The notes under the pieces: generated by a model | Databases searched by the model: none | Seen by the model: only the letters and a program-made list of their open reading frames with translations | Told to the model about the DNA's origin: nothing | From: Phoronis australis | Lineage: Eukaryota; Animalia; Phoronida | Assembly: GCA_002633005.1 (NCBI GenBank) | Contig: NMRA01000158.1 | Location: forward strand, 713,397-777,396 | Direction of reading: 5' to 3' | DNA: 64,000 nucleotides | Part shown: positions 1 to 14,500 of the stretch, in pieces | Layout of the letters: every line of letters begins with the position of its first letter | How positions within the stretch are numbered: the first letter of the stretch is position 1 | Translations under genes and position numbers: made by a program

Positions 1-340
1 TAGTCAGGAATGTAAAATAGAATTATAATGTTTGTATTGAATGAAAGTAGTGTCTGTTTGTAAGTCATGAAATGAAACAAACATCTGTCTTTAAACAGAA
101 GGGGTGGACAGAAAGACAACCTATCACAGATGTGGCACTGGGTGCTGTCCTAAGTTTACCGTCCTTTGCCTCAAAATTGCCATCTGCCACCAGGTGTCAC
201 TGAAGCTTCACCAAATGCATTTTCGAATATCAATTACACATATTCTGGAATTCATTGTTCACCCGCTAATCTTCCTGCCTATAAGAAGTACATATGGCAC
301 CGCACCTCAGTGCTGTTCCCGATCTAGACAAGACACGTAC

Positions 341-491
341 CCTGAGCAGTTCATCTCCCACACGAAGACCTTGCAGTTCAGCAGGACTACCTGGCTGCAC
401 GGCCGACACAAAGATGCCAACCGTGTTTCCTCCGGACAGCCGAATGCCTACACCCCCTTCTTTTCTGAACGTGATGTAGCGAACCTCTCCA
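341..491 (-). CDS. TJP1: ZO-1 PDZ3 first exon
   Basis: [51 protein letters not shown]; acceptor cgcag at 492-493, donor agg|gtacgt. Confidence 0.93.
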
Positions 492-3400
492 CTGCGAGTG
501 AGAACAAACATCAAGGAACAGCGGTCTTTATATAACTTTACATTTAGTTCTATTTGTTCACATACGTACTCAGCACTGACAAAAATATTTAACAAAAAAA
601 AAACATGCGTGCACAACAATACTATGAATCCTTGTGAAGTTCACACTGCCATCTGTTGGTCATATACCTAATGATTAAGAGTCTAAAAAGATTCATGTCC
701 CGACTGGGCTCAAACCTGTAACTTTATGTAGTGCATACACACTCTATCGTCCACTGAGGTATTGGGAACACTGGTTGATAACAGAAATCTTATCGGACTT
801 GGCTGAGCACATCTCACAAAAAAATCTTGAGTGAACATTAATACGCCATTTTTTATATTCATCAGATCAAACAGCATCTGCATGCCATGCAAAAAGTCGA
901 AACTTTGGGCATGCAGGAACAGGAATCTCTCTTGTCTTGAAGTCATAACGTAACACTATGTGACCAAAGGCATATAAGAGACTAATGCTAGGTAAGAGTG
1001 GATATCATAAAACCAGCACATTCATAAACAATAAAACTAACTTTATAAAAAATTCAGTGGCGTAAACAGCAAATCTTGAACAGAAGATTTTCAAATTGAA
1101 TAAAAAGATGAATATAATCATAACACAACAGCCTTTGCACCATCAAACAAGATGGCCATAGAATGCATTAATTGCATAAATCTATGTCGGGTAAGCAACA
1201 ACACATGAACACTGTCTTAAATCTAGAGAGACTGAAGTCAAGCAGGATTGCATGGCCCTTACCAAGGTGGTTTGACACGTTGTTGTGATCTAAGCCATCG
1301 CCTTGGAAATAGAAAAGTCAACTCCAGAGTAAGAAAAAAGGTGAACAAAAGGCGATGTATTAATGTTGCTATCCACCAGCACCACAGCTTCCCTGTTATG
1401 GGGAGTTTCAGTCAGTGGGAAAGTGCAACTCCTTGAGTTAAACACCTCTCAAAATAGGTGGATTAAACTGTAGAGATGCGCAACTCCCCCTGCACTGTGA
1501 AAGGCGAACTTCCACTGCAGTATAATCGCTAGATGTCGCAACATGCAACACACGTATTCAATACAGAGTGCAAATCAATTACGCCATCTGGTGTTGAATA
1601 TCAAGGGCAAACGGTAACTTCGATGTCACTATCAGAGGAGTTAGTGGGAAAGGTAAGGGAAGCTGCGCTGGACCGTTGTTTTGTTGATGGAAAAGCAACA
1701 CTTGTCACTTCTTAAAGCTGCCACAAACCACATACTGTCAAATAGACAAACTTTGGATTCAAACCACTTACTGATACAAAACTGGTCTTACTCAAATTAA
1801 AAGTAATGTCTGGACTGCAAGACACTATTTCGCCTATAATGATGCGAAGGATCAAGTTAAAAATTATTACACGTGGTTTCAAGAAATAATCTGCCGACGC
1901 TTCCTTCCAAGCCGTGAAATCACTTCTAATCTGATTAAGAAGCAATTTGATACTTATACTGTAATGGTAAGTAGTCTAAATCAAAAGGTAGTTTTTAACA
2001 GAGGAGTTCACAGCTGGTTTACCTTTAACAATATCATTATTTACAGTGAGACAGGAGAAGAGTGACTGTAAAACTGGCTGATGATTACCTGTAGTCCATG
2101 TGTTTACGGGACATGCCGGTGTCTTGTTGATCCTGTTTACCATAGTAGTTAACAGGTGGGGACATCTGTTGGCCAGAAGAACCTAAGGATAGAGAAAGTG
2201 TTAATTTGTTGAGGGGAATACAGTTTAATAAATGTCCTTTTACACTGAATATTTTAGGATTGAGGAAAAGGATTATATTTTAATCTTATCACTTAAAGCC
2301 GAAACAACGAAAATACACAACTTCAACAGATAACACACACATGAAGTTGAAAGTTAACGAGTAAATGAGATGTATATATGGCGTACACACATCAAGTGTG
2401 TAGGGATTCTCACTGCCAAACTCCATCATTATATGTCTGGATCAATAAAAAGTAATCAAATGCAAGTTTATTATTTTGTTGATACGAGACTTTAATCAGA
2501 TTACAATCACTAAGGCTATCGTTGCTCCACTTCTGATGGAGACCGAGTAAGCTTTGAAGACATCTTGGTCATTTTCCATCTGCAGATCTCACTGAAGTTT
2601 TGAGAGAGTATGCAGCTTGAACAGGAAGTGGGACAAAAATTGCCTCATAGATACCATGACAGATACTTTCTTGCCCAGTGAAAAAATCCTTCACGATTCA
2701 CCAGGCTCATTGGGTCATCTGCTAACATCGGTTTCTGTAGCGTGAGCAGATGAGAATCTTCCAAATCCCCCCTGAACAAGATTCTAGTACATCGCAGTAT
2801 AGGTGGCAGAAATGGTACTCGTTCATACAGTCAAATCGGCTAGAGCAACGCAGGTTAAGTGCTTCAGTCAAGAGCTCTACATAACCACAGCAACCAGGGT
2901 TTGTACCCAAGGCCAGAGAATGAATCTACAAAGTTTCAGTTGGGAATCCACTGGACTCACCAATGAGCCCAGTTACATTCAAAATAAAAGTAGGCGACTT
3001 GAGGGTAGAGCGGTCAGAACGACCGTGTCTTGTGACACACTTACGCATCGGCTCGGTATTGGGTAGAGGTGGCCGTGGGGGAGCATTGTCGAGTGGTGAC
3101 CTGGGCTGATCAGCAGACGGTGAATAACCCTTGTCCAGGTGATCAAATGCCAGTGGTAGTGCAGGTCTGTGGCGAGGTGGAGACGGTGATCGGTTTTTGA
3201 GCAGGTTGACGTTATTCTCCTGCTTGTGTAAGACATCTGGGGTCCTAGACTTGGTAGGGGTGAACTCTGTAAATATAACAAACATGTCAGGTTTCATTGT
3301 TATCAGCTCCAGTCTTATCCATACATGTATTCTGACAAGGTGTTGTATCATGTTTGAGAAGTTCTGAGTCATGTTGAAAAGGTCTGAGCCGTATTTAAAA

Positions 3401-5531
3401 CCATGAGCAGAGTTTGTGAAAAACTTGATTTTTTTTGCTTTTACGATATAAACAATTTAAACAGTATAATTGAAGAACGTTACTTATTTTTATTATCTTG
3501 TCGTAAAATCATAGTGGCCTTCCTCCCCAAGTGAATATAAGTTCTTTCCTGCCAAATACAATTCAATGCACAAACTCAGAATACAACTAGATATTTTTAA
3601 TTTATACCGACGTATGAAAATTTCTACAAGTTCTCCATGAGCTAAAATTTCTTTTACACCATTTATGAGTTATCGTGCATGGAAGCTTTATTTTCCTGAC
3701 TTCCAAGATGAGTATTCACTGACCTATCATTACCCAATGACCGATTTATAAAGACAACACTGATCACTCAACAGCGACTTACCCCCCTCCTTCAGCTGAC
3801 TCGCCTGACGACTGTGACGACCAACTTTTCCCTGACCTTTCACGACCGTCATGTGAAGTTTATCCTTTGCCTTGTCGACTATTTTCTTTGCTTCAGTAAG
3901 TGACAGCTGATCTGTTGACGTATTGTTGAGCTGTTAAAAACAATGTATAATGAGCTAGTGTACAACACAACACACAAATGCTAACAGAATAATACAACAC
4001 TAAACTCCTGACGAATTTGAGATTGGGTGTAATATGCCAGCAAATTCTTTTCAATACACATCTCATCATGCTAAGCTAGCTTTCACACAGCTCTTGAAGA
4101 CCCATGCTGTGCCAATTAGGTCACTTCAAAAATGTAATTATGTCACCTCAAACTATTGTAAATAACTTTGAGGCCAATAGTGCAGTACAATCAATCAGTG
4201 AATGATACTCGGTCCATAGAACGTCTAGTGTTAAGTTGGAGATGCAAATACGCCCTATCAAAAACGGTAATAAGTGTAGGATTACAAAACACAACCAAAG
4301 ATGGCGCTGCAGTGGCTTTAACAGACTTCGCCGTGTCCTCAAATTTTGAGGTATAAAATGAATTCTAACAGCAAAGGTTGTATATGTCCTACGGTAAACT
4401 GTACAACTCATACTTAAAAGGAGGTTTAATATAAGCAGTAACATATGCATTCTACGGAGGTATATCGGTGCATGTAGTTACATCATTTCATGAATAAGCC
4501 GGGCTCCCCAATTTCTCAGACCACCGCATGTAAAAGAAATGGCACATGCAATGTATTACTGGCTGATTGGTACAAACCTTCACTATTGAATCCCCCTCCT
4601 TTAACCCACCGTCTTGAGCAGCCAAGCTGTTGCCAATTATTTCTTTGATGTAAAGTTTATAACCCAACACAATACCAAATTCTGAAAAGAAAACATTGAA
4701 ATTTCTTAATATGAATGAGCAACTTTAAAAAAAAACTCGTTTTGTTTCACCACAAACACATACGTTCACGCAAAACAGTCTTTATGGCAAAAACACCTTG
4801 CAACATAATATAACAGCAGGAGTAACACCATATGCAATCAATAAAGTGTACATTCAACTTGCCAAAACCACAAGACATAATTAGCAACAGGAATCATGGT
4901 TAATGCAAGAAGCAATGAAGCATACCATCTTTTTTACTTTTCTTGGTCAACGTCACTTTGGTTGGGTTGGGGTCTGGCTCACTTCCTGCGGGAACGATGA
5001 TTTTTCGGCGAATAACCTAAACAAACACGAGAACAGAGTGTAGATAGAATTTCGCAGGTGACCCATGACCTCACGACTTACAACCCATCGTCTAATGTCG
5101 AAAAGCAGTAACAGCCGTGGGTATCTATAGCCACTTCCCAGAACACAACACCCTCTATTGTTCTGCTGTATCAACCCCCCCCCACAGTGGTGTGCGTCTG
5201 CACGGCACTTGCTCAGAAGTTGATCACAGCCCCTGTCCTAACCACTAGTTTACCTTTAGCTGGCCATTTTTAATTCAAATGCCAATTAACTGTTATTTAT
5301 TAATGCATAGTGAGGTGCAATGCAGACATGAAAAAATTGAAAAGTCGAGTGAGAAGCAATCAATAACTCTTTACTCGTCTGACTTGGTTCAAAAGTGTGT
5401 TAGCAACATTACCCTTAGAAAACTAGGTCAACCATACAATGCATTTTTCTGTCTCAGAGAAAGAGGAGAGTTGAATTCAGGATACAATGATTAGGTGCAT
5501 TAACACTGATATACATACATACATACATACA

Positions 5532-5562
<31 letters not shown>

Positions 5563-8500
5563 GCATACATATACATACATACATAATTATATAACATACA
5601 TATACACACATATACATATATACATACATACATACATACATATACACACATATACATACATACATACATAACATACATATACACACATACACATACATAC
5701 ATACATACATATACATACATACAGATACATACATATACATACATACACATACATACATACATACATACATATACAATTGTATGTATAGTAAGCACACTTT
5801 CAATGACAGGAGCATCAACTGACCTTTTAACGGATATTGAGACACTATGTGTACAAAAAATTGTGTGAAACCGGCTAGCAATTTCAGACAAATCGACGGA
5901 CTCTACCCAACTAAACTGTGCCGTCGAATTCATGTTGTGTAGTGGATTTAGAAACAACTTACAAAATTGAAAGCTGTGAACATATCAACTACATAATGAA
6001 TCAAGTAAAGTTGTTGATCTCCTTTGCCCGTTTATCGAACACATGATTCACTTTTGCCACTTGTTGGATTAACTATTTTATATCCCACAAATGTATGATC
6101 TGCAATGCAACACCGTTGACGCATAAAATCTCACCTGTTTCAGGCAAAAACAATTGCCAAATTAGACCTTTTTCCAAAGGCTTCAAATATTGTTGTGAAT
6201 GCCCATATTTTTTCGAAACATTGGCTGGTGGTAGATGTGGTCCGGTCGCCCATTCCACGACAATGACTCAAGTTCATTTTTTGACTTAAGTCTAAGATTT
6301 GTCTCAACTTCAAAACTTTGTAATTTCCACATGCGGCAAGTTAGTCAAAATTAAGACAAAACTTAAGTCGAAGACAAACTTTCTTGAAACAGACTTGAGA
6401 CAACTTAAAGTTTAATCTTAAAATTGACTGAAATTTAAAATTTGTCTGGGCTAAATCAGTTTTCTTGAAACGGGCCCCAAAACGTTAAACTAATAACCGA
6501 TTGTTAGGAGCTACTTAATATATTTTCTGAAAAAAATGTAAAATTAATTTTTACTCGTCTGCCACACTGTGTCCTAATTAATTTGGCAAGATTTTACTGT
6601 AAAAAAGTTCATATAAAGCTGCGTCCTAAGGAAATAATACTTCCAAAGGAAAGGGAACAGTATCAGGCTGTAATCAGTGCAACGGGCCCAGCCCTCTTGA
6701 GTGACCAGCACAGGTCTGTGTGCCAGACCGCCAACAATTATAATTCTTTTATGTCAGGCTGTCAACTAACATCATTTGGCATAGAAAAAACATCATACAA
6801 ACATGCTGGCACTTCTTGGACCCAGTGACAAAATGACGTTACATAACTGTCAACACAACGTTATGCCGACTACTCACCAAGTGTACAGTGTCGCCCCCTC
6901 CCTTCAGTGTCGAGATGGCCGTGGTGTAGTCCACGTTCTCCAGTGAATAGCCATTCACACTTAGCACTCGGTCATTAATTCTGCCAAACGACAACAAAAT
7001 AGCAATTGAAAATGCTCAGCACGCAACAGATAAAATCCTAGCCCAAGTAAAAGCATTTAACCCAATTAAGCGTAATACCTAAACCTTTATACAACATTTC
7101 TGGTTACAGGTGTTCCAATACAAAAACAATTTGTTCGTTTTAAATACAAGAGCAATTACGTAAAGAAAATGAATTTCAGATATACGTTTCAAAGCAGCAC
7201 TTACTGTAGCTTTCCCTCAGCAGGCCCAGCTTTGAGAACATCAGATATAGCTATGGATGGGTCACCATTAGCGAAGTGGGGGTTGTCACGGCCACCGCTG
7301 ACTGCTATCCCGAAGCCAAAGCCGGGCATTTTCGTCAAGGCAACATTGTGCGTCTCCCAGATGACCCGCTCCCCAATCTGAAACAATTCATCAGGAAGCT
7401 GTGAATTAACATGTTTTGTTTGTTTCTTTCATATGCTGGCTAAAACAAAAGCGTTTTTGACTGTGTTCTGGTTGGTAATGAAAATGCCAAGGTATGGAAA
7501 TGGTTGTTATGGCCACCTTGATGTTGACAGATGAGATAACCCAAAACTGCTGGAGTTTTCTTGCGTGCTTTTGAAGCGAAATCACTTCCACATGCGTAGA
7601 GATAGAGTGCCTCTATTTATTGTATTAATGAGTACATTACAGAGTGAACATAGCCTCGCTTTAAAAACGAAAAGGGCAGTGAAAAACAAAACTTATTGGC
7701 AAAAATTACCCTTTGTGGGCTGGCTAAAATATTTGCACTTTCACTGTTGAAAACTGCTAGTCTTCTCACCACTCCTGTGAACCTATTAAATGCCTGACAA
7801 AATATCTAACAATACACTGATAGCTCTATCTTTTGGAAGAAACTTTCATTTCTTCAAGGCCCATGAACAAAATTGTAGCAATCTAAAGTTTTGTTACATC
7901 TATAAATAAAGGTACACTTCTCCCAGCTGAAATTGCCCGTGTTATTAAGATTGTTTTTTAGCAGACAATACCTTTTCAGTAGACTGAGTTGATTATTTAC
8001 AACAGTTGGTTATCGGTCGATATTAGGATGTTTACTTGACTGTTGATCTAATATTTCACGTGACATGGCGCTATGCACACAGCTCAATCTGACATAGCAT
8101 ACGACCAGACAACGATCTCAAACCACCACCCGTTTTTGAAGCAGAGCTACTACCGCGGGATCATCTTGCGTGAGATCAGTTTGCACCACATTAGTTACTC
8201 AAATGAACACAAGGGGGTGTCAAGGACGTAGCAATATTCTCACACAGCTGTCCTCACTATCACACCACTTAACTCATTACTAATACATTTCCGTATGTGT
8301 AAATTACATAGCACCACTTAACACATTGCTTGAGATATTGTGCATATGAATTCTAGATAGCTAAGCAGTAGCACTATACTTTTAGACACCTAACAAGGCC
8401 CTAGAAGGCTCCGTAAATGAGAGCCGACGAGGAGCATAGTGCCCCGTGAAAATTTCCCGTGTTGAAATTGCCTTCTTGGAAATAAAATACAAGAGGCCCT

Positions 8501-11500
8501 ACACGTTATCTCACTGAGACATTATTAAGCAGCACAGATCAGTTGGGTCACCACAACGGTGCTCAAAATGAACATGGGACTCCTTTCCATACTCCAACAC
8601 ATTAGAGTACAACACAGGCAAAACTAAATAACAAGACAGGTGTTTCAAGGATTGCTTACTTATGACTAAGGAGATTTCAATGTATGCATAAACTGACAAG
8701 ACACATACTGATGTAAACAAGGAATGAGTTGAAACCATGCCAGCACTCCCTTTCATCTTGTCCTTGACACTCTAAAGGCGATTTTTTTTTCTGCATAACC
8801 TCCGAAAAAAATTACGAAGAGATCGATTTGTCTCACAAGACGAAATCCATATGACGAGACTGATGTCATGAATTTAGCTGCTTAGAACAATAATTCTGTC
8901 ATCCAACTTTTACGGCAGAGGGTATTTTGTGCCTTTGAACTATAATAACTTCTGTCCTTCTGGTAGGACAACTTTGCCCAATCTTGCCATCAATACACCA
9001 TAACTGTGTTATGGCTGGCGATGGAACTTTCATAGTACAAATGTTAAGCGCCACCTATGAGTAACAATTTATAAGGATGAACAGCTAAAGAGGAATTTTA
9101 CAACAATTTTTTAATTCTTAGTAATAATGCTGCTTTAAAATTACCACTGTTGTACTGTGACTTACAAAAATGTCAACAGTATGATGTATTCAATGCTGAA
9201 AGAATTTATCTTTCATCTATGTCAGACTTGGTTCATCTTATCTTTAGAACAAGGAGATTAGATCTAGTGGAAATTGCTTTCAAGATTTCAATGCCATTCA
9301 TGAAGACTGGACAGACATTTCATTCAACTGGTCTGTGGTTCTTCTTCAATGTATTAACATTCAGTGAAGCGTGCCTGGTTCAATAGCTGAGCTTAAACTA
9401 GTACAGGCCTAAGCTTATTTTTAATACCATTTAATAGGCAGAAAAATTGTCCGTTCAATCATCCAACTAGAGAAAACCATTGTGCACCTAGTCTACAGAC
9501 AGACTCCATACAGGAATTTTGAATAGGCACAGTACTTAACTCTGCATGATGCCCAAGTCGACTCTGAAAACTAACAATAATTCAATTTCCCTTTCATCAA
9601 TGGACACACTGCTTTCTAACATAAAAGGATAAGACATAACTATCTGTAGCTGTGGTACAAAGGTGTGCGCTTTGAGTTAGTTACACATAGGTACAACCAA
9701 GGACTAGCATGACTGCTGTTGCCATTTAGCCGGCATCATGTGAGTCAAACTGCCCTGACGGGGCAGCACTAAGACAACCCGGAACAACATATAAGCTGTT
9801 GCCATTAAGCCAGCTTCATACCCTAGAAGTCAATGACGCTGCTGCCATGCAGCCAGTGTTTCATCTCCGCAAGAAGAACAACACCACCACCTTCCAACCA
9901 GGCCCTGCCGCTCATCCACGTCCACACCAACCACAGCAAGGACAGAGGGCGAGATCGACCAATCTTGCAAAGCTGTCCGAGGGCTTCGCCCCCCCATCTA
10001 CTCTACTAGTACTAGTCACACATAGGTGAATGATTATCTAAGCCATCTACAGCTTGCCTGGCCCGTATTAATCAGCACCACAGAGTAATGGTAAATAAAA
10101 CGCCTAATCCAGAGATCAACGGATTTAGCACCCACATCCACTAATAAGCAACCAGGTGTGAGCCTTTCATTCACCCGCATGTAATCCATACATCTGGGCT
10201 AGTGCCAGTATATCAATCCTTGATCTGGGGCACCATGAAATGTAGAAGCCGCCTAATGACATACACAAAGTTGTACCTGAACAGAATCATCTGAACCTGC
10301 AATAGATGCACTGTCCTCTTCCTCTAGTCTCATACTAGCGCAGCACCTCAGCTCTACATCTAGAGCCACTGCAACATAAACCTGTCCATGTTAACTGTGT
10401 GGAGTCAATCCTTCAATTGGAGCCAATATGTTATATTGCCAAATAAATACCAGTCTATATTTGAACAACAGCACACAACAAGCTATTCAAACACCTGCAT
10501 TATACCACATACCACAGTTATTTTAGTCTAATGTTTGATAATAACATGATCAATAGGTTCTTGTTTCCGATTTGCAACATAAAATGTTATATTCTGATCA
10601 TAAGAAACCTGGGCAAGCTAGCTAAGCTATTAATTAAACTAAAGAAATAAAAATCGAGTGAAAAAATCGACTGAGTATTTCAACTTCAACCAACAATTTT
10701 GTTGAATTTTGCTCAATTCAAAAACACTAAGCATGAGACTGGAGCTATACGACAATATTGCACGCTGAAAAGAGCTTCCGGTTCATTGCCTCGATGTACT
10801 GAATAATCTACAGAGACTGTCTTCTTGCCATGTGAGAAACACATTGAAGTGCAAGTGAGTGTTTTTCTTTCCTGATGAAAGAACAAACACATGGATTGTC
10901 TGCAAAAATGTCTAAGCATAATGAATCAATGAGCTGTCATATTGACCAAGGTATATTCCTTTATACAAGCTAATTTCAATGGACAAATTAGAGTGCTCGC
11001 CAGGACATCAGGGGAATTCACAGGATACAATCTATAGGTAAATGAGTGGAATACTATTACAAGTGGACAGAGAATAAACATCGATATAATGTTCTTTCAT
11101 GCCAGATTGTTTTATATCAAACTGAACATACGTCCAACATAGAAAATTCTAACAGAAGAAGACTGTGTGCCAAGACTGGATGATATAAGTAATATACCAA
11201 AGCCAAACCACATTAATACCATAAACAATCGAATTAACGCCCACAATCATGTAAAGCCAACCAGGCAACCCCTTACTTTTGCTCACTTTCTATTTCTGAG
11301 AAATTTCACTTAAGCGCCGACTGCTCAAGCTAGCGGCCCTCTTTATTTGGTTCACCACACTGATTTTTAAGCAAAATAAAGTAAGGTTTCATATAAGCCA
11401 GAACATCACATTCTGTTAGTGGCTATGCCAAATGCATTAAACCATGACTGTGAATTTGAAACAGACAGTTACCTAGACTACTTGTCAGCTGTAGACTCAC

Positions 11501-14500
11501 AAGCTACATAACAACAAATTAATTTTTCAAAAGACCCTGTCTTTCCTCGCAATTTTAGGAACCATATCCCGGTCTTCTTTACTAAAGTGAAAGGCAGGTG
11601 ACATCTTTGAGGGTGACCTATATTTCCATACGGTTAAAATTCTTCAATTTGGAACAAAATAATTGCTAAAATTATTGAATTTTTAATTTTCAGAATATAA
11701 ATCGGTAAATAAAACAACAAGAATGGATCAACTGAAATTTGAAATTTTCGGAGGTAACAACTTCCTTTATCAACAAAAACAGAAATAAAGTAAAATCAAA
11801 CACAAAATGACAATTGACATATAAGATACGGTGTAATGAAAATGATACATTTTTGCATAAAAAATTCAATGACATATTTTAAGAAGTTTTTATGTTCAAT
11901 CCATGAGGTTCTATTGTGTTCAGTTTGTCTATCCAATATTGTTCTCTTTTAAGTCTGTGAGGGGTACTGGGGTGTTGGAGTTTTTCTATTATTTGTACAG
12001 AAAGATCTTGAATATTATGGTTTTTGGAATTGAAATGATTACCTATAGTATCAGAAATGTTTTTGTGTATTATGTTAAATCTAATGTTCAGAGGCGCACT
12101 ACATAGTTGCAAATGTTCAATTGTTCAAGATGCAAGCTGCAAACAAAAGGAGGAGTTTGTGCTTAATGTATCCACCTTTGCACCTTCCAAGATTTTGAAG
12201 ACATTCACATGTCAGTTCTAGAATTGCGGCAGGTATTTTTCACTATGTATTTTCTCCTTTCTCAAGTTGCAAACTAAAGTTACCCCAATACACATAATTA
12301 TTAGACAGGGCAGATTCAACTTGTCAACAATAGCCTTGCAGACAAATTCGTTGAATTTCAGGTTTGTCAACTTCAATTATTTTAAAGGTCATATAGATGG
12401 CGAGGATGACTGTCTAAATGAGGTAAAGCACCCATATTTAGGCACGCATGTTACGTGGTTTACATCAAGCTATGAAATTTCGGATTTCAGCACATCTCTG
12501 AGTTAAGTGCCAACCTCTGATTCCCAAAGTGCCTAGTAAGTTAACTCAAATATTCAGGGTATGCACACTTATTCATGCCTTCATTCCTAAACCAGACTAT
12601 GATATTCACCTAATTTCCCCTTTTCCAACAGTGAACTTTTCATATTGGCGATGTCTAGAGTAATGAGAGTGTGAAAGTGACTGCAATTAATCCCCACTCA
12701 GTTTCAGTGGACAAAAATTTAATTAATACGTTCCGCCATTCCTTAAGCCTTATTCATCTTATTTTCCACTCAATAGTGGACTTTTCATGTAGGTGCCCTC
12801 TAGAGTAACGAGAGCGTGAAACTGACTGTGCTTAAGATTTGATCCTGACTCAGATTCGGTAAACAGAAATTCCATTACTACATAGTGGTTCATTAATTTA
12901 AAAACAGAGGAATAAATCCCAATGTCGATCCCTCCCATTGCTTGATTAGATTAACCTCACTAATTTATTTTAACTTTTTTACATCGGCTGGGATCGAAAT
13001 TCTTCTGCTTTATCAGCTGCAGCCACTGATAATCAGGACACATATTCTTTGCAGGGAAAATGGGAAATTTATATGGAACGTGATGTCCTTACGTCTGATA
13101 TTTCAAGAACTTTGCCTTCTAGCATAAGCCATATTAGTACACCTCATTACACAACAGTGGAAATTTGCCGGAATTATGATAACAGGAAAAATGTTAAAAC
13201 CCAGTGGGCTAAAATCTCCCGTCTGCATTGCATGGGATTTATAGGTGGCCATGAACGGCTGTCCACCAAAGACCTGATCCAAGTGCCATTAGGCGGAATA
13301 GTGCATTTCAATATGACACAATATATAAAGGTAAATAAAACAACGAGAATGGATCAACTCAAATTTTCGGATATAATAACATCCTTCGTCAACAGAAACA
13401 GAACTAAAGACTTGTTTAATAAGACACAACTATTTCAAAAATCTGCGATCAAACACAACAGACAAACATCACTTCCTCTCTTACAGCTAATCTGCATGAT
13501 AACTAAACTATGTAATCGCTGGTTTAACTGCATATCTAATCACTGTTTTTAATCACTTTTCTTGAGAAGTTTTAATCAATACTCTGATGGCTACTTACCC
13601 AAGATACCAATCCTTTCCCTTCATTAATAAACAATTAATAATTGCTAAACTGCCATTAGTTAAACAAGCAGTAAGTTGGTTCACTTTAAGGTGAAGTATG
13701 CAAAGCATCCGTCTCAGCAGGTGGTCTCTAATTTCCCTCACTATTTGCCAATTAATATTAACAGTAACCTTAGCTGGCAACCAAATTAGAATTGAAGTTG
13801 AGACATTTCCTATCAAAATCACTATGTTGAAATGTCAATCAACTTGGGTAATACCGTATTGCTCCTGGGGGTCAAACTAGAGACTAGGTAGCCAACATAT
13901 GTGTTAAGTAGTTTAGAACTATATCCACAATTCTGTATATTTAGCCAAATCTCTATAGAAAATTAGCTCTGTAAAAGTTAATATTCTCTGAAAGTAGGAA
14001 GCCCATACTCTATGTTTTTTTAACTTACAGTAATACCAATCTATTATAAATTGGATCATATAATTAATGTGCCTTTTTATCAAATTTACATTAATAGTGA
14101 AACAATGATACCATTGACAAGAAGAAATTCAAATTGATATAAATAATTATTCAAGAAGATATATCAAAAATGCTGTTATAGTTTTCTAAAACATCGTTTG
14201 GTTGTCCTTCATAAAAACCATAAAAATCCTAGTTTTTGATAGTCCATCAGGCTAAATTGGGACATTTTAAAAACAATTAACCAAGATTGTTAGTGAGAAC
14301 AGCAGATAACGTTATAGTACTTGAAAGTCTGAAATGAATACAATCAACAATCAGCTATTTCTGAGACATGACAAAACAAAGTTAGCCAACAGTGGACATT
14401 TTGCTAGGGACCTATATAACCTTTATCAGATGATCAAGTTATGTTGAGTACCCAAAGGCAAAACACATGGGCCATCATGGAAACCATTAGTCCAACAATG

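Noticed and set aside
1590-1715. Ser-rich minus-strand stretch resembling a ZO-1 exon
   Set aside because: Stops in the required phase and no compatible acceptor/donor pair found.
5454-5957. 167-aa and 134-aa ORFs rich in MYVC
   Set aside because: Translation of the (TACA)n microsatellite.
13049-13552. 167-aa plus-strand ORF
   Set aside because: No recognisable domain; overlaps the antisense Penelope terminal repeat.
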